NCBI GenBank assembly: GCA_965153455.1
Contig: OZ234493.1
Coordinates: forward strand, 19,148,213-19,212,212
Length of the DNA: 64,000 bases
Source: Sphagnum compactum
Lineage: Eukaryota
Direction: 5' to 3'
Below are positions 50,010-64,000 of the stretch, piece after piece. The notes under the pieces are model-generated. The model was not told the origin of the DNA. It did not search any database and worked only from the letters and a program-made list of their open reading frames with translations. The translations under genes and the position numbers were made by a program. The number at the start of each line of letters is the position of its first letter. Within the stretch, counting starts at the first letter, position 1.

Positions 50010-53000
50010 ATACAATTAGAGGGACCAATTGCAATAAGGAGTTGGCTAATGCCTTCCCAAATGAACATGCTATAGTGAGGCACTATTACATCTCATGTCT
50101 CCCTTCAAAAAAATATGCATACCAAAAACCTTAACATTTATTCTTTCGAAAATAACATTATCCCAATATGGTATAATGTGCCTAACCTTTTATCATCTAT
50201 GTAGTTGATTGTCACCTGTAGTTGTGATAGGTTTACCAACAATAGGTAGGATTACCACATATTAAACATCTCAAACTATTGGATTATGTCGTAATGAAAT
50301 TATTTTTGAAATCGTTGATTTTTTGAGAAATTCATAGCTCAAAGTGTCAAAATTTTGAAATTGCCCAATGGAAACCTAAGGGTTGTAGGCCTTGGTTGTC
50401 GACTTTGTCATTAAAGTCGAACTTGTTTTGCTTGTTCGATTATATTTCTTTGAGCTTTGATGGAGAATAGGATGTTGTGAGTGCAAATGTTTGGTGGATA
50501 TCATTGTGTTTTAAATCTCAAAATTTCTTTGAAAACATGTTTCACCAAAAACGATTCCTTTAAAACTCTTATTTGTCATCAACATAAAGCCTCCATGTAA
50601 CCTATTGGAATCCATTGGCTTTTGAAGTTTATAAGAATGAACTAAAAGGCACAAATAAAAGTCAACAAACATCAAAGCAAATGCAAACATGAATCAATAA
50701 ACATAACATATGGGTGTTAGGTATATGGATGAAGAATGATTACCATTTTCATTCACGACAAAAAAAATAAAAATATTATATTGTATATCTAAATATATTT
50801 TAATAAATATAACAATAATTTGGCACACCACTTTTGAGTCTAATTCCAATGATGATGATAACATTGGAACTAATATAAAATAAATGCTTATGCAATCCTC
50901 TAATCATTTCATGTTACCAAAATTTATTTTATTTTTTAATATACTTTGTATGGAATGAAAAGGTATTTTTTAGAATTTTTATTTTCTTAGAATTATATGT
51001 TTCCAACGCCATAGTTAGAGATGATGAAAGTGATGAACATATTTTCAATACCTTGTACACCGATTTGCATTTCATTTTTTCTTCAATTTAATTTAAATAC
51101 AATTCAATTAAACTTGAATTTAATTGATTAAAATTTGAGTTGAATTAAGTTGAATTTAAATTATAGTCAATATATATGAATTTCATTCAATGTATTTAAA
51201 TTCAATTCAATTCAAATTGCATTCAATGTCATTCAATATTTTTATTCAAATGAAACTTATTTTTTCATCATTTTGTTGTCAATAACAATATGTAACACCA
51301 TGAAGCCCAAGTTAAGGTTGGTGGCAATTATTAAAGAGTTATCTTTTTCTTACCTTGTCATTAGTTGAATATCCATAACAATTCAATCACAATATCAAGA
51401 ATGACATATGGGTGCAAACACAATCTAAGAAGCCATGGCTACAAGGTTAAAGTCCTTTTCAAGGATTGCATTTGACACATAACATTTTTATGTTGGTCAA
51501 CTTTTTTAATTTCTGCATTTTTCATACTCAATTTATAGTTGTGTTTTGAATATAATTAATTTTTATTATATTATGGTCTATATTATTTTATATATAATGT
51601 ATTCATGCTTTAACACAAAAATAATACAAAAATGAATGACTTTTGTTACAAACACATTTTCAAAATTCAAAATTTTCAAGGTCAAAAACAAATTTCAAAC
51701 AAATATGTTAGGTGTAGTCACACTAATAGGAGTCATAGCAAATGTAACTAACGCATATTTAGTTCTTCACGTTTAAAAGTGATAATTTAAATTGGTGTTG
51801 AAAATATCGAATTTTTTACTATAATAAAGTTCATAATATATCATTGGAACATATAAATTAATTTGAAAAACATCCAATGAATAAAAAACTTTCGAAAACA
51901 TTCATTAAACATTGTAATGTGTGTTTTTTAATACTAAAATGATTTACAAATAGACTTCAAAACTTTCGAAAACTACATATATTTTGAAATCTCTTACATA
52001 AACATTGACATAATAATATGAAAAAAAATTTAATTTAAAAAAAATTATTTTTGAAGGCTTTTAAAAAAAATTCTAAAAAAATTCCCCCACATGCAATTCC
52101 AAAAGCATGCAAGTGCGACTCATGTTATCCTATTTGCACCATGTTCAAATATCTTTTTGAATGAATTTTACCAATTTGAAATTCTTTTGTTTTTTTATAA
52201 TCATTAATGTTAAGATCCTTTTCAATTAAAAAAAAGAATGGTGCACATTTAATAAAGAAAAAAAAATCAAACAAAAAACTATTGTAATAGTTGTTTTGAA
52301 CATGCAAAAAGATTCTTGAAACATTATCAATTTGCATCAAGTTTTGAAAAATGAAAATTTATAAGCAATAATATTTAAAAAAAAATTAAAAACAAACATC
52401 CAATTTATTATGCTTCTCTTGTGATTTTTCAAAAATATAAAATTTAAATTTTACACATTATGACACACCTTGTGACTTCTTTTATTGTGTTTGCACCCAT
52501 ATACAAAATCATTACATTCTTACTTACAATGTGCGTGCAACTATTTTTTGATTAACAATTGAAAATGAAACACCAAGAAAGAAAAAGGAAAAATGTACTA
52601 CAATCTCTCTACTCTCTCTACACCCAACCTTAGGGTCAGACAAGTTGCTACATACTTTACGATCCACCCCTATGAGCTATTTAAAAATAACTTCAACTCA
52701 CTCATAAATAAGAGGTGAACATACCATACCAATGAGATGAATATGACATGCAATCCAAAAGTTATGTGCATGAAGCACAAATATCTAAAATTAGAGTAAC
52801 TTGGTATAAGTAACTTACGTGTAGGAGGAGAGGCCCTTCAGTGATTTGAGATCTGTGCCCGAGGCCGGTAGGCCAAGGGAACAAAAAGTCGAAAATCACA
52901 GAAGGGCCTGTACTCAGGTCCTTTTCCTAAGTAAAGCACTGCCTGAATTTTTTCACTTTTTAGAAATAGTGACAGGCTGGCTGGTACTTTCCGCTCGTCA

Positions 53001-53967
53001 GAAGATCCCTGTACAGCCTGGCTGCTACCTTCCACCGCAGAAGATCCCGCTTGCTGAAAACACAGGTTTCTTCCTTTAGGAGTAGGCGTAATTCCTCCTC
53101 TTTTCTAGAGGAACCTAATGAATCTGTAGTTAGAGTTCCATATTGAGAGGTCTTTTTTTCCATTCAGATTATTAGAAATGTGCAGCTCGAATTCAAAGAG
53201 TTAGAGTTGCGCTTCGCTGAATATTCTTCTTCTTCTTGCATGAGCCTTTCATGTATCCTTGTTTGAAGTTTTCGGTAAGAAAGGGTCTTGCATGAGCCTT
53301 TCATGTATCCTTATTTGAAGTTTTTGGTACAAAAGGATTTTGATTTCAGTGTGTAGATGATGGTGGTGGTGGTGGTGGTGCAGAAGGGTTTTTGGAGCTT
53401 CCAGTGATTTTGGTGGAACTTGTTGAACATGCGTGAGAAACTTTTGATTGAAAATTGTCCAGACAATTATAACCACCCACCTAAACTCTCCGAGAAGAAA
53501 CTCTCCTGTGGAATCTCAAGAAGGAACCCTGTGAATTCTCAAAACCGTGAAGGAACCTGTGAAGCTTAAACAGGAATCTCAAGAAGGAACCCTGTGAATT
53601 CTCAAAACGTGAAGGAATCTGTGAATCCTCAACAAGAAGAGACTTGCGACAATCAATACCCATTATTTCGGCAAGAATGGCGAGAAAAACAACACACCTG
53701 CATCGCAAACTCTCACAAACTGTGTTCGACTCTGATTCCAAACTCCAAAAGCAGAGAATGCTTGAATTTGATCAAGATCTCTTCTTCCATACCACAAAGC
53801 AGAGTGAAAATGGGAAAACAGATTCGCATCCTGGCTGCTAACAGCTTGTCTTAATTGCACAAAATTCACGACCCTACCAAAAATTGTAACCCGAAGAAAT
53901 TCGACCGGGTAGCAGCCAAACACAGTAGCTTTGTAAAGAAGAAGTACTTATTCTAGCAATGCGCGCC

Positions 53968-53976
53968 AAACCCTAA
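53968..53976 (+). promoter_or_regulatory. Telo-box (AAACCCTAA) upstream of NTF2
   Basis: Exact motif about 150 bp upstream of the NTF2 ATG, a typical position in plant housekeeping genes. Function is inferred. Confidence 0.45.
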
Positions 53977-54120
53977 AACTCGAGCTTTCTGTTGTTCTTC
54001 AACGAGGTACGCGGAGTCTCTGTCTTTGCGACATCTTTGCACGCATTTGCGCGCAGCCGGGAGTTAGGACTAGTGGATCGGATCAGTGGAATTGGATCCG
54101 TGTGTTGAGTTGAGGACGGG

Positions 54121-54963
54121 ATGGATCCGGATCAATTGTCGAAGGCGTTCGTGGAGCACTACTACTCGACTTTCGACAGCAATAGGCCCAACCTGCTGGG
54201 GTTATACCAGGAGAGTTCGATGCTGTCGTTCGAGGGCGAGAAGATCCAGGGAGCGCAGAACATCAGCAACAAGCTCAGCAGTCTGCCGTTCCAGCAGTGC
54301 AAGCACAACATCTCTACCGTGGATTGCCAGCCGTCGGGGACCCGCTGGCGGTATGCTGGTGTTTGTCAGCGGCAATCTGCAACTACCAGGCGAGGAACAC
54401 GCTCTTAAATTCAGCCAGGTACGCTGTTTTCCGAGCCAGAAAGCTTCGTGTTGTCATGCTCGTGGTGAGGATTCTGTCTGTCTGTGTGTCTGCCCATGAT
54501 CCTTGCGTCATTCATCTTCTTTCTTACTTGCAGAGCTTGTTCTGCTTGCTTGTCTGTCTGTGCATGGTCCTTGCGTCATTCTTCTTCTTCAGCAGAGCCT
54601 GTTCTGATTGTCTGTCTGTCTCTCTGTGTATGGTCCTTGCGTCATTCTTCTTCTTTCTTATTTGCAGAGTTTGTTGCGCTTCCTTGTCTGTCTGGTTGTG
54701 TATAGTCCTTGCATCATTCTTCTTCTTTCTTCTGTGTAAAACAAATTCTGCAGGGAGTGCATGGAGAGTTGTGTGGCCCCTTTCCAAGGACTAAATGCAG
54801 GAGATGTGTCGTGGTGACTCTGCAAGAGAGTCTTCAAGCTTTGGAAACTTTACAACTGGGATTCTGTTGTTTTCTGTTTATTGTGCAGATGTTTCACCTG
54901 ATTCCAACACCACAGGGAAGCTTCTATGTCTTCAATGACATCTTCCGACTGAATTATGCATAG
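54121..54963 (+). CDS. NTF2: Nuclear transport factor 2; exons 54121-54418 and 54889-54963, with an apparent +1 G at 54336-54339
   Basis: MDPDQLSKAFVEHYYSTFDSNR..MLSFEGEKIQG..KLSSLPFQQCKHNISTVDCQPSG / PAGGMLVFVSGNLQLPGEEHALKFSQ | MFHLIPTPQGSFYVFNDIFRLNYA*. This is the canonical plant NTF2 sequence once one G is removed. Confidence 0.95.
54500..54735. repeat. Intronic tandem repeat (about 65-73 bp, 4 copies) in NTF2
   Basis: TCCTTGC(G/A)TCATTC(A/T)TCTTC recurs at about 54500, 54568, 54634 and 54707. Confidence 0.85.
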
Positions 54964-56485
54964 CTGCTGCTGCTTTCTTTCTTTCTTTGTTGCTGCCAAA
55001 CTATTCTGGTGTTCCTTCTTACAGAGAGATCCTGAATTGCTGCCTGATGCTTGTCGTTGGAACTTGGATACAGAAACAATGATTCTACTCAAAAGAATGA
55101 TGCAGGGCTCATATCATTGGGGATAGTTTTGTTTGTTTTGAACTTCAATGAGAGAGACAGAGAAACAAAGGCTATGATGGTGTCTCTTCCCAGTCGAAAA
55201 ATGTGAAGCAGAGTTGTCTATTCCTCTTGACAAGAGCATAATACAATTGGTTCTTGAATTGTGATCAGAAGCATTCTGTTTTGTCGCTGCATTTTGCAAT
55301 GCCATTGTCTGTGGATTTTTTCATGCCATTGTCCAGATTTTTTGTGATGCATGGTGTGGTTCATGGGAGATGATTGTTGATTGCAGTTTCCAGTCATGGG
55401 AGACTTTAAAAAGTCAGAGACAAAGAGATAAGCTGTTTGTGTAATATAACTGGTGTCATCCATTTTGAAATCAATATATTCTTTAGTCAATATTGAATTG
55501 CAAAAGCACTATCAAGGTATGGGGAAAATACAATGCCTGATTTTGATAGTATATCAATTGCTGACACCAGGGAACAAGAAGCCAACACTTGTTGACAAAC
55601 TGCCCAGAAATGGTGAATGAGTAGACTTGAATATCTCTTCCAAATCACCCTGCATCTGTTGGAAACAATCCATTAACATATGGTACCTGGCACCTGCTCT
55701 ACAGGAAAATGTAGCCACCATCACAATCTGTGATGTGAACAGGGCTGTCTTGAGAATCAGCAGACAGTATGGAATTCTATTCCTACAGCCTTTTTCTACT
55801 TCCCACTCTCCAGTCAAGTGATGATTTCTAGAGAATGATTGGGAAATGCATGGTTAAGTGGAACTCCAATGAAGGTGTTCACCTGTTGCAACATAGAGGA
55901 ATCTGCACAACAACCAAGACTTCAGCATCACCAATAAAGTCATTCCAAGACAGTTTGTGTATTAAGTTTCTTATGTACCAACACATGTGATAGCATCATT
56001 CTCAACTGTAGATTCTTTTGTTGCGAAACATCAAGCATCGTCTGTTGTTCCTGACATCTGTAAGCCAATCCCAATCAGTGACTGTCGGCCTAGATTAAAA
56101 GGCTTGCAGCTGATATGGCATCAATTATCTATGAAGGGACAGGAATACTAATGATAGAAGTAGGCACATCCACATGAGGTGAATCAAGTGAACAGAACCA
56201 TACCTCAACATGGAATGTTGTTGAAGTGGTAAGCCCAATATGGGTTTTGTTGCTCCTTTGCACCCTCAACAACTCCCTTGCTTATGAATTACGCTGCCTT
56301 CTATTCAGTGCCACCTACTCAAGCTGGACATAGTTATGACCCACAGTTAATTCCTGATACAGCAGCCATGAGATACACCCCTTTAGCTTTGATTACACTA
56401 AGATATTATGTGACAAGAAAACACTTGTGCTCACGATTGTATTCTAACCAAGGTGCAGTTCAAGGAAAGGTAAGAAGCTAAACCT

Positions 56486-59746
<3,261 letters not shown>

Positions 59747-60471
59747 GTGTAAAGGAGCAATCTTGTGCTGCAACAGCAGCAGCAACACCTGAACGAAATC
59801 TCGCAGGTGCACGTTGCGGCAAAAGAACCCAAGACTCCTAACCCTAGTACTTATGCGATGAAGAAGACTGGAGCACTACTACCGGTGTGGAAACCCGAGG
59901 GGATTTCGATCTCATCACTTGAAAAGAGACAGTCCGCGTCATCCTCAGCTCGTGCACCGAAGCATTATGAATTGTAGCGGATTCTGCAGTCACGAAGATG
60001 GATGATGCGCTCAGTGACGACATCTTTACGGCCGCGCTGATGAGCCGGTGGTGGGGGGTGAGTGCTCTTTCAGTAGGCTGCGATGTTTTTTCTCTTCTGA
60101 TTTGTTCTCTCGTGGATTATGCGAGTTGTGCGAGTTGCGAGTCGACGATGTGGTACATACCGCAGTGGTGTGTGTTGTGGATGATGTTTTCAACCTAGTT
60201 TGTCATTGCACAGCTTTGCAGGATTTTAGAAATGGGGAGAGGACCATTGCTTGCACCTTGTTTGTAGCTGAAAGTGTTGTTCAGGTGGAAAAGAGTCAGT
60301 CTTTTGCACAATGGCCACCTTTACTTGATTGTGAGGATTCTTATCATGGTGTCCCTCCATAGATGCAAAAGGGTCAGAAGTGTAACAATTGTGATGGTAG
60401 ATTTGTCTGCATTAAGCTGTGAGGAACACATTAGCTAACCAAATGGATTTAGTTTGGTTTTCTTGTGGTAG

Positions 60472-62036
60472 CTAAGATGCAAGGTATCCTGATTTCAAAC
60501 ACAAGCAGACACAGGAGACATTCTGGTTCAACAACAGATCAACACCCCCATGGGTGGAAGCAAAGCTTGCAGCAATGGCACCAGAGACTGTACCAATGAA
60601 CATCTTTTCATAGAATGCAAGACTTACAAGATATGCTAAGGCTGGGCATCTCAAGAAGATGATGGAAACTTTTTGGCAAATACAATAACAAGGGCATGAT
60701 TCCCAACAAGTTCACTTTTTCTCAATTGCTCAACAAATGTGCCAGTTTACAAGCACATGAAGAAGGCAGACACATCCATACACAGATCATAGAAAGAGGT
60801 TATGAATCAGATGTGTTTGTTGGTAGTAGCCTTATTGACATGTATGCCAAATGTGGGAACATAGTGGATGCACAGAGAGCATTCAGCAACATGGCTGTAT
60901 GTGATGTGGTCACTTGGAATTCCATGATTCTGGGACATGTGAAATGTGGACAGAGGTTGAAGGCATCGGAACTATCTCAACAAATGCAATGTGAAGGAGT
61001 GCAGCAAAACATTGTCATCTTTGTTGGGTTGCTGAATGCATGCACTAGTGCAGCAACACTTCAGCAAGGAAGGCATGTTCATGAACAGATTCTCTGAAGG
61101 GGTTGTGAGTCTGATTTCTTTGTGGGTGGCAGCATTGTTGACATCTATGCCAAGTGTGGGAGCATAGAGGACGCACAGAGTGTTCAACAAAATGCCCAGA
61201 TGTAATTTAGTCTGTCGGAATCTCTTGCACATTTTGAACAGAGGTTACAAGAAAGTGTGTGAAGATTGGATTGGATCACTTTCATTGCCCTTCTCTCAGC
61301 CTGTAGCCATGCAGGCCTAGTGGTTCAAGGTGTGGTACTTTGAGTCCATGGTTTTGGTTTAGAACATTTTTGCAACATTGGAGCACTATGCCTGCATGGT
61401 TGATCTTCTTGGACTTGCCAGGCATCTGCAGGACACAGAGAATATTATCAATATAATGACCTGCAAACCAACTGTTGCTGGGTGGATGACTTCACTTGGT
61501 GCCTACAGAGTGCATGGGAATGTCAAGATGGAAGAACAGCTTGCAAAACAAGTTGTTAAATTGGCCCCTGCGAGTTCTCGGGGCTGTGGGTTGCTATCAA
61601 ATGTTTATGCTGCTGCTGAGGGATCTCAGTGCAAAGAAGTCTGAAGAAAGAATCAAGTTGCACCAGGATTTCTGTGCATGATAACAAGGTGCATGCTTTT
61701 ATGGAAGGTGACCAAAACTCCCTCAAATGATGGAAATTGCTGCAGAGCTACAGAGGCAGATGAAAGACATTGAGTACAAGTTCGATACCAAATTCATGAT
61801 GTGGAAGAGAAGAACAAAAGATGCTTCACTTTTTCCAGCACACAGCAAGAACCTGGCCATTGCATTTTGGCCTCTTCAGCACCTCCTGGTATTCCAATCC
61901 ACAGTTTCAAGCAACCACCACATTCATCACAAAGATAGCTGGAAGAGAAAGGATCATGAGCGATGGCGATTGCTTTCATCACTGTACAGCTGATGGTGTC
62001 TGTTCATGTGGTGATGATTATTGCCAGTGGACTTAA
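60472..62036 (+). pseudogene. PLS-class PPR-E-DYW pseudogene with N-terminal PDF motif
   Basis: ARYPDFKHKQTQETFWFNNRSTPPWVEAKLAAMAPETV (YPDF at 60485) leads into PPR motifs (PNKFTFSQLLNKCA, ESDVFVGSSLIDMYAKCG, DVVTWNSMI). Then come EHYACMVDLLG, the E domain (GAYRVHGNV..LLSNVYAAA) and a decayed DYW domain (HSKNLAIAF..FITKIAGR..CFHH..DGVCSCGDDY). Multiple stops and frameshifts. Confidence 0.92.
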
Positions 62037-64000
62037 GTCTCTTTAAGCAGGCATTTTCACTGACAACTTATCAAGTACTATAATTGCACTGCATCATGTG
62101 CATGTCATGGGCATGGCACCAAATGATAGAACCCATGTTAAGCACCACATTCTGTCCATGTTATGGGTGTGGCACCAGATGATATTACCCATGCTGAGCA
62201 TAATATGCTTGACATTCAGTATATGGGTTGAGGAAAAATGAAGACTGCAGAGGACCACACAGACTACAATTGAAGAAACAGTTGCAGGGAACTTGATCTG
62301 TCAGTTGTTCAGCCTGAATTGGGTGCATACATTCAAACCAAACTCAAATCTGCTGTCAAACTAGCTCAATTGTGCAGAGCAGTCAAAACCAATTGCAGTG
62401 TTTGCAACAACAGAAGCATTCATGTCATGGTAAAGACTCAAAACTTGAAGTCTATTTTTGACAATCATGTCATTGTTTGCGCTCTTGCTTCAATCACTTT
62501 CTTCTCTGATTGTGAATCACAACAGATTTCTACTGCTGGTTTGTAAGTTGCTTCAAAAAACCACTTCAGAACCAAAGCAGCTTACATCTGAAAAAGTCAT
62601 AATGCTTGCAGTTTCTCAAAATCACAGAATACTAACAATACAAATTTTCCTTACTTTGACAACCAAGTTCTCCTTTTAGGGTTGTGAGAAGCTTTTGTGT
62701 TGCTCTGGTGCCCTGCAAGTTTTCCCAAAGTACTGCGGTACTATGGTAGAATCATGTTTGCTTTGCTGCTGGATTGATGCTCATGCATATACATTATACA
62801 AATGTGAAAAAACCTCAAAAGCTCCACCTTCAACACAAATGCAATTGCAATACACTAAACCCACCATGCTTCTTTCTCCCCTTCAACAAATGCAACACAC
62901 ATGCATTGCAAATATGCTAAAACCTTGTTACTCTCTTCTCCTTGCCTTCAAACAAATGCATTGCAAATACCTTACCCTGACCCTGAGGTCATGTTCATTA
63001 TTAAATAATCCTCTAACAGTTACAACACTTTTTAATGGAAGTATGGCACTAAGGTGTTGAAAACAATCAGAATTGTGGCGTGTGCCTTGTTTGAACCAGC
63101 ACTCATGTTGGTGCCATGTCCTTTGTCAAGACATTTAAGTTTATCTACGTAGTTGCGTTTCAATCTTAGTTGGATTAGTTAATCTAGAACTAATTCAGTG
63201 TGCACATGATTTCAAATATGTATTGTTTAGGGATAAGTCTTTATGTTGAGTGTTTCAAATCAACTCCATAGCACACCAACTTGTGTAAGTTGCAAATTTC
63301 CATGCCCTTGCATTTTTGTTGCAAAACTTTTTCTGATATTGCAAAAGCTTTGGGCATTGCATTATGGGCTTGGATTCCTAAGGTGTTGTTGTCTATTTGA
63401 ATCACCAAAAGTGATTTGAAAGCTATACCTCACTTTGTGTGTTTGTGTCAAGTTCAAATTTCATTTGTCAATTGTTCGTGTTTTGCACATGACATGCATA
63501 TTGTGTGAATATTGTCGTGAGTAAAGTATTACAACTAGAGTAGGAGTTGTAGCTAGGAGCTACAAAAGCTTTGTAGATGAATTTGGTATTTTTGAAACCA
63601 CTTTTGTTTTAGCATACCATAAGCAATTAACCCCAATGGGAGGCCTTGTCCTAGAGTGGGAGTGTGAAGGGTGATGAATGTGCAAGCAAAAAAACACAAA
63701 AATGGAGAAAGGTGTGAAAAGGAGACTCTTTGCCAGATGAATAGCACAACCCCCCCCCCTCCCCTTTGCTCCCTTTTCATGTGCAAGTCTATTGTGTGGT
63801 AAATGCCATGTGCACCAAGCCAACAAAGAACATTAAATGTAGTCGAGTTGTGCACAAGCTTGCACTTGCAAATAAGCATGCCCGTCCATTGCGCTAAGTT
63901 TATTACAACAAGCTTTAGGGTTCATGTGTGCATGAGCTGCAAGTGCAATGAATCACAATTTGGGTGGCAAGTCTTTGTTTTTTTTTTAAATAAATTTGTT

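Noticed and set aside
53234-53630. Two short direct duplications (about 52 bp and about 62 bp) and a poly-His ORF
   Set aside because: Ordinary local slippage duplications and a (TGG)n run, with no evidence of coding function.
62103-62201. Two 43-bp direct repeats each with a small ATGGG/CCCAT stem
   Set aside because: Only two copies with 5-6 bp stems; too weak to call a structured RNA.

Overview
This is AT-rich eukaryotic nuclear DNA with spliceosomal GT-AG introns. The gene set and repeat style suggest a bryophyte, probably a Sphagnum-like moss (inference, not proven). Apparently intact or nearly intact genes are a type-D non-specific lipid transfer protein (47.2-47.8 kb, +), NTF2 (54.1-55.0 kb, +, one extra G in a G-run) and a 9-exon DUS2-like tRNA dihydrouridine synthase (56.5-59.7 kb, -). 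The central locus is a minus-strand alpha/beta-hydrolase-NB-ARC-LRR (HNL-class NLR) gene at 32-40 kb. Its last exon is an array of 41 near-identical 72-bp LRR units with combinatorial variation at exposed positions, two in-frame CAA>TAA stops and a frameshifted but still expanding tail. The rest holds many decayed gene copies: RRP12-like, ADNT1-like, LON2-like, PGLP1-like, a monofunctional DHBP synthase (RibB) with archaeal-type signatures split by a solo LTR, and two PLS-PPR-DYW genes that both carry an N-terminal OSB-type PDF (ssDNA-binding) motif. Solo LTRs, MITE-like elements and minisatellites fill the gaps. All homology calls come from motif recognition by eye; no searches were run.
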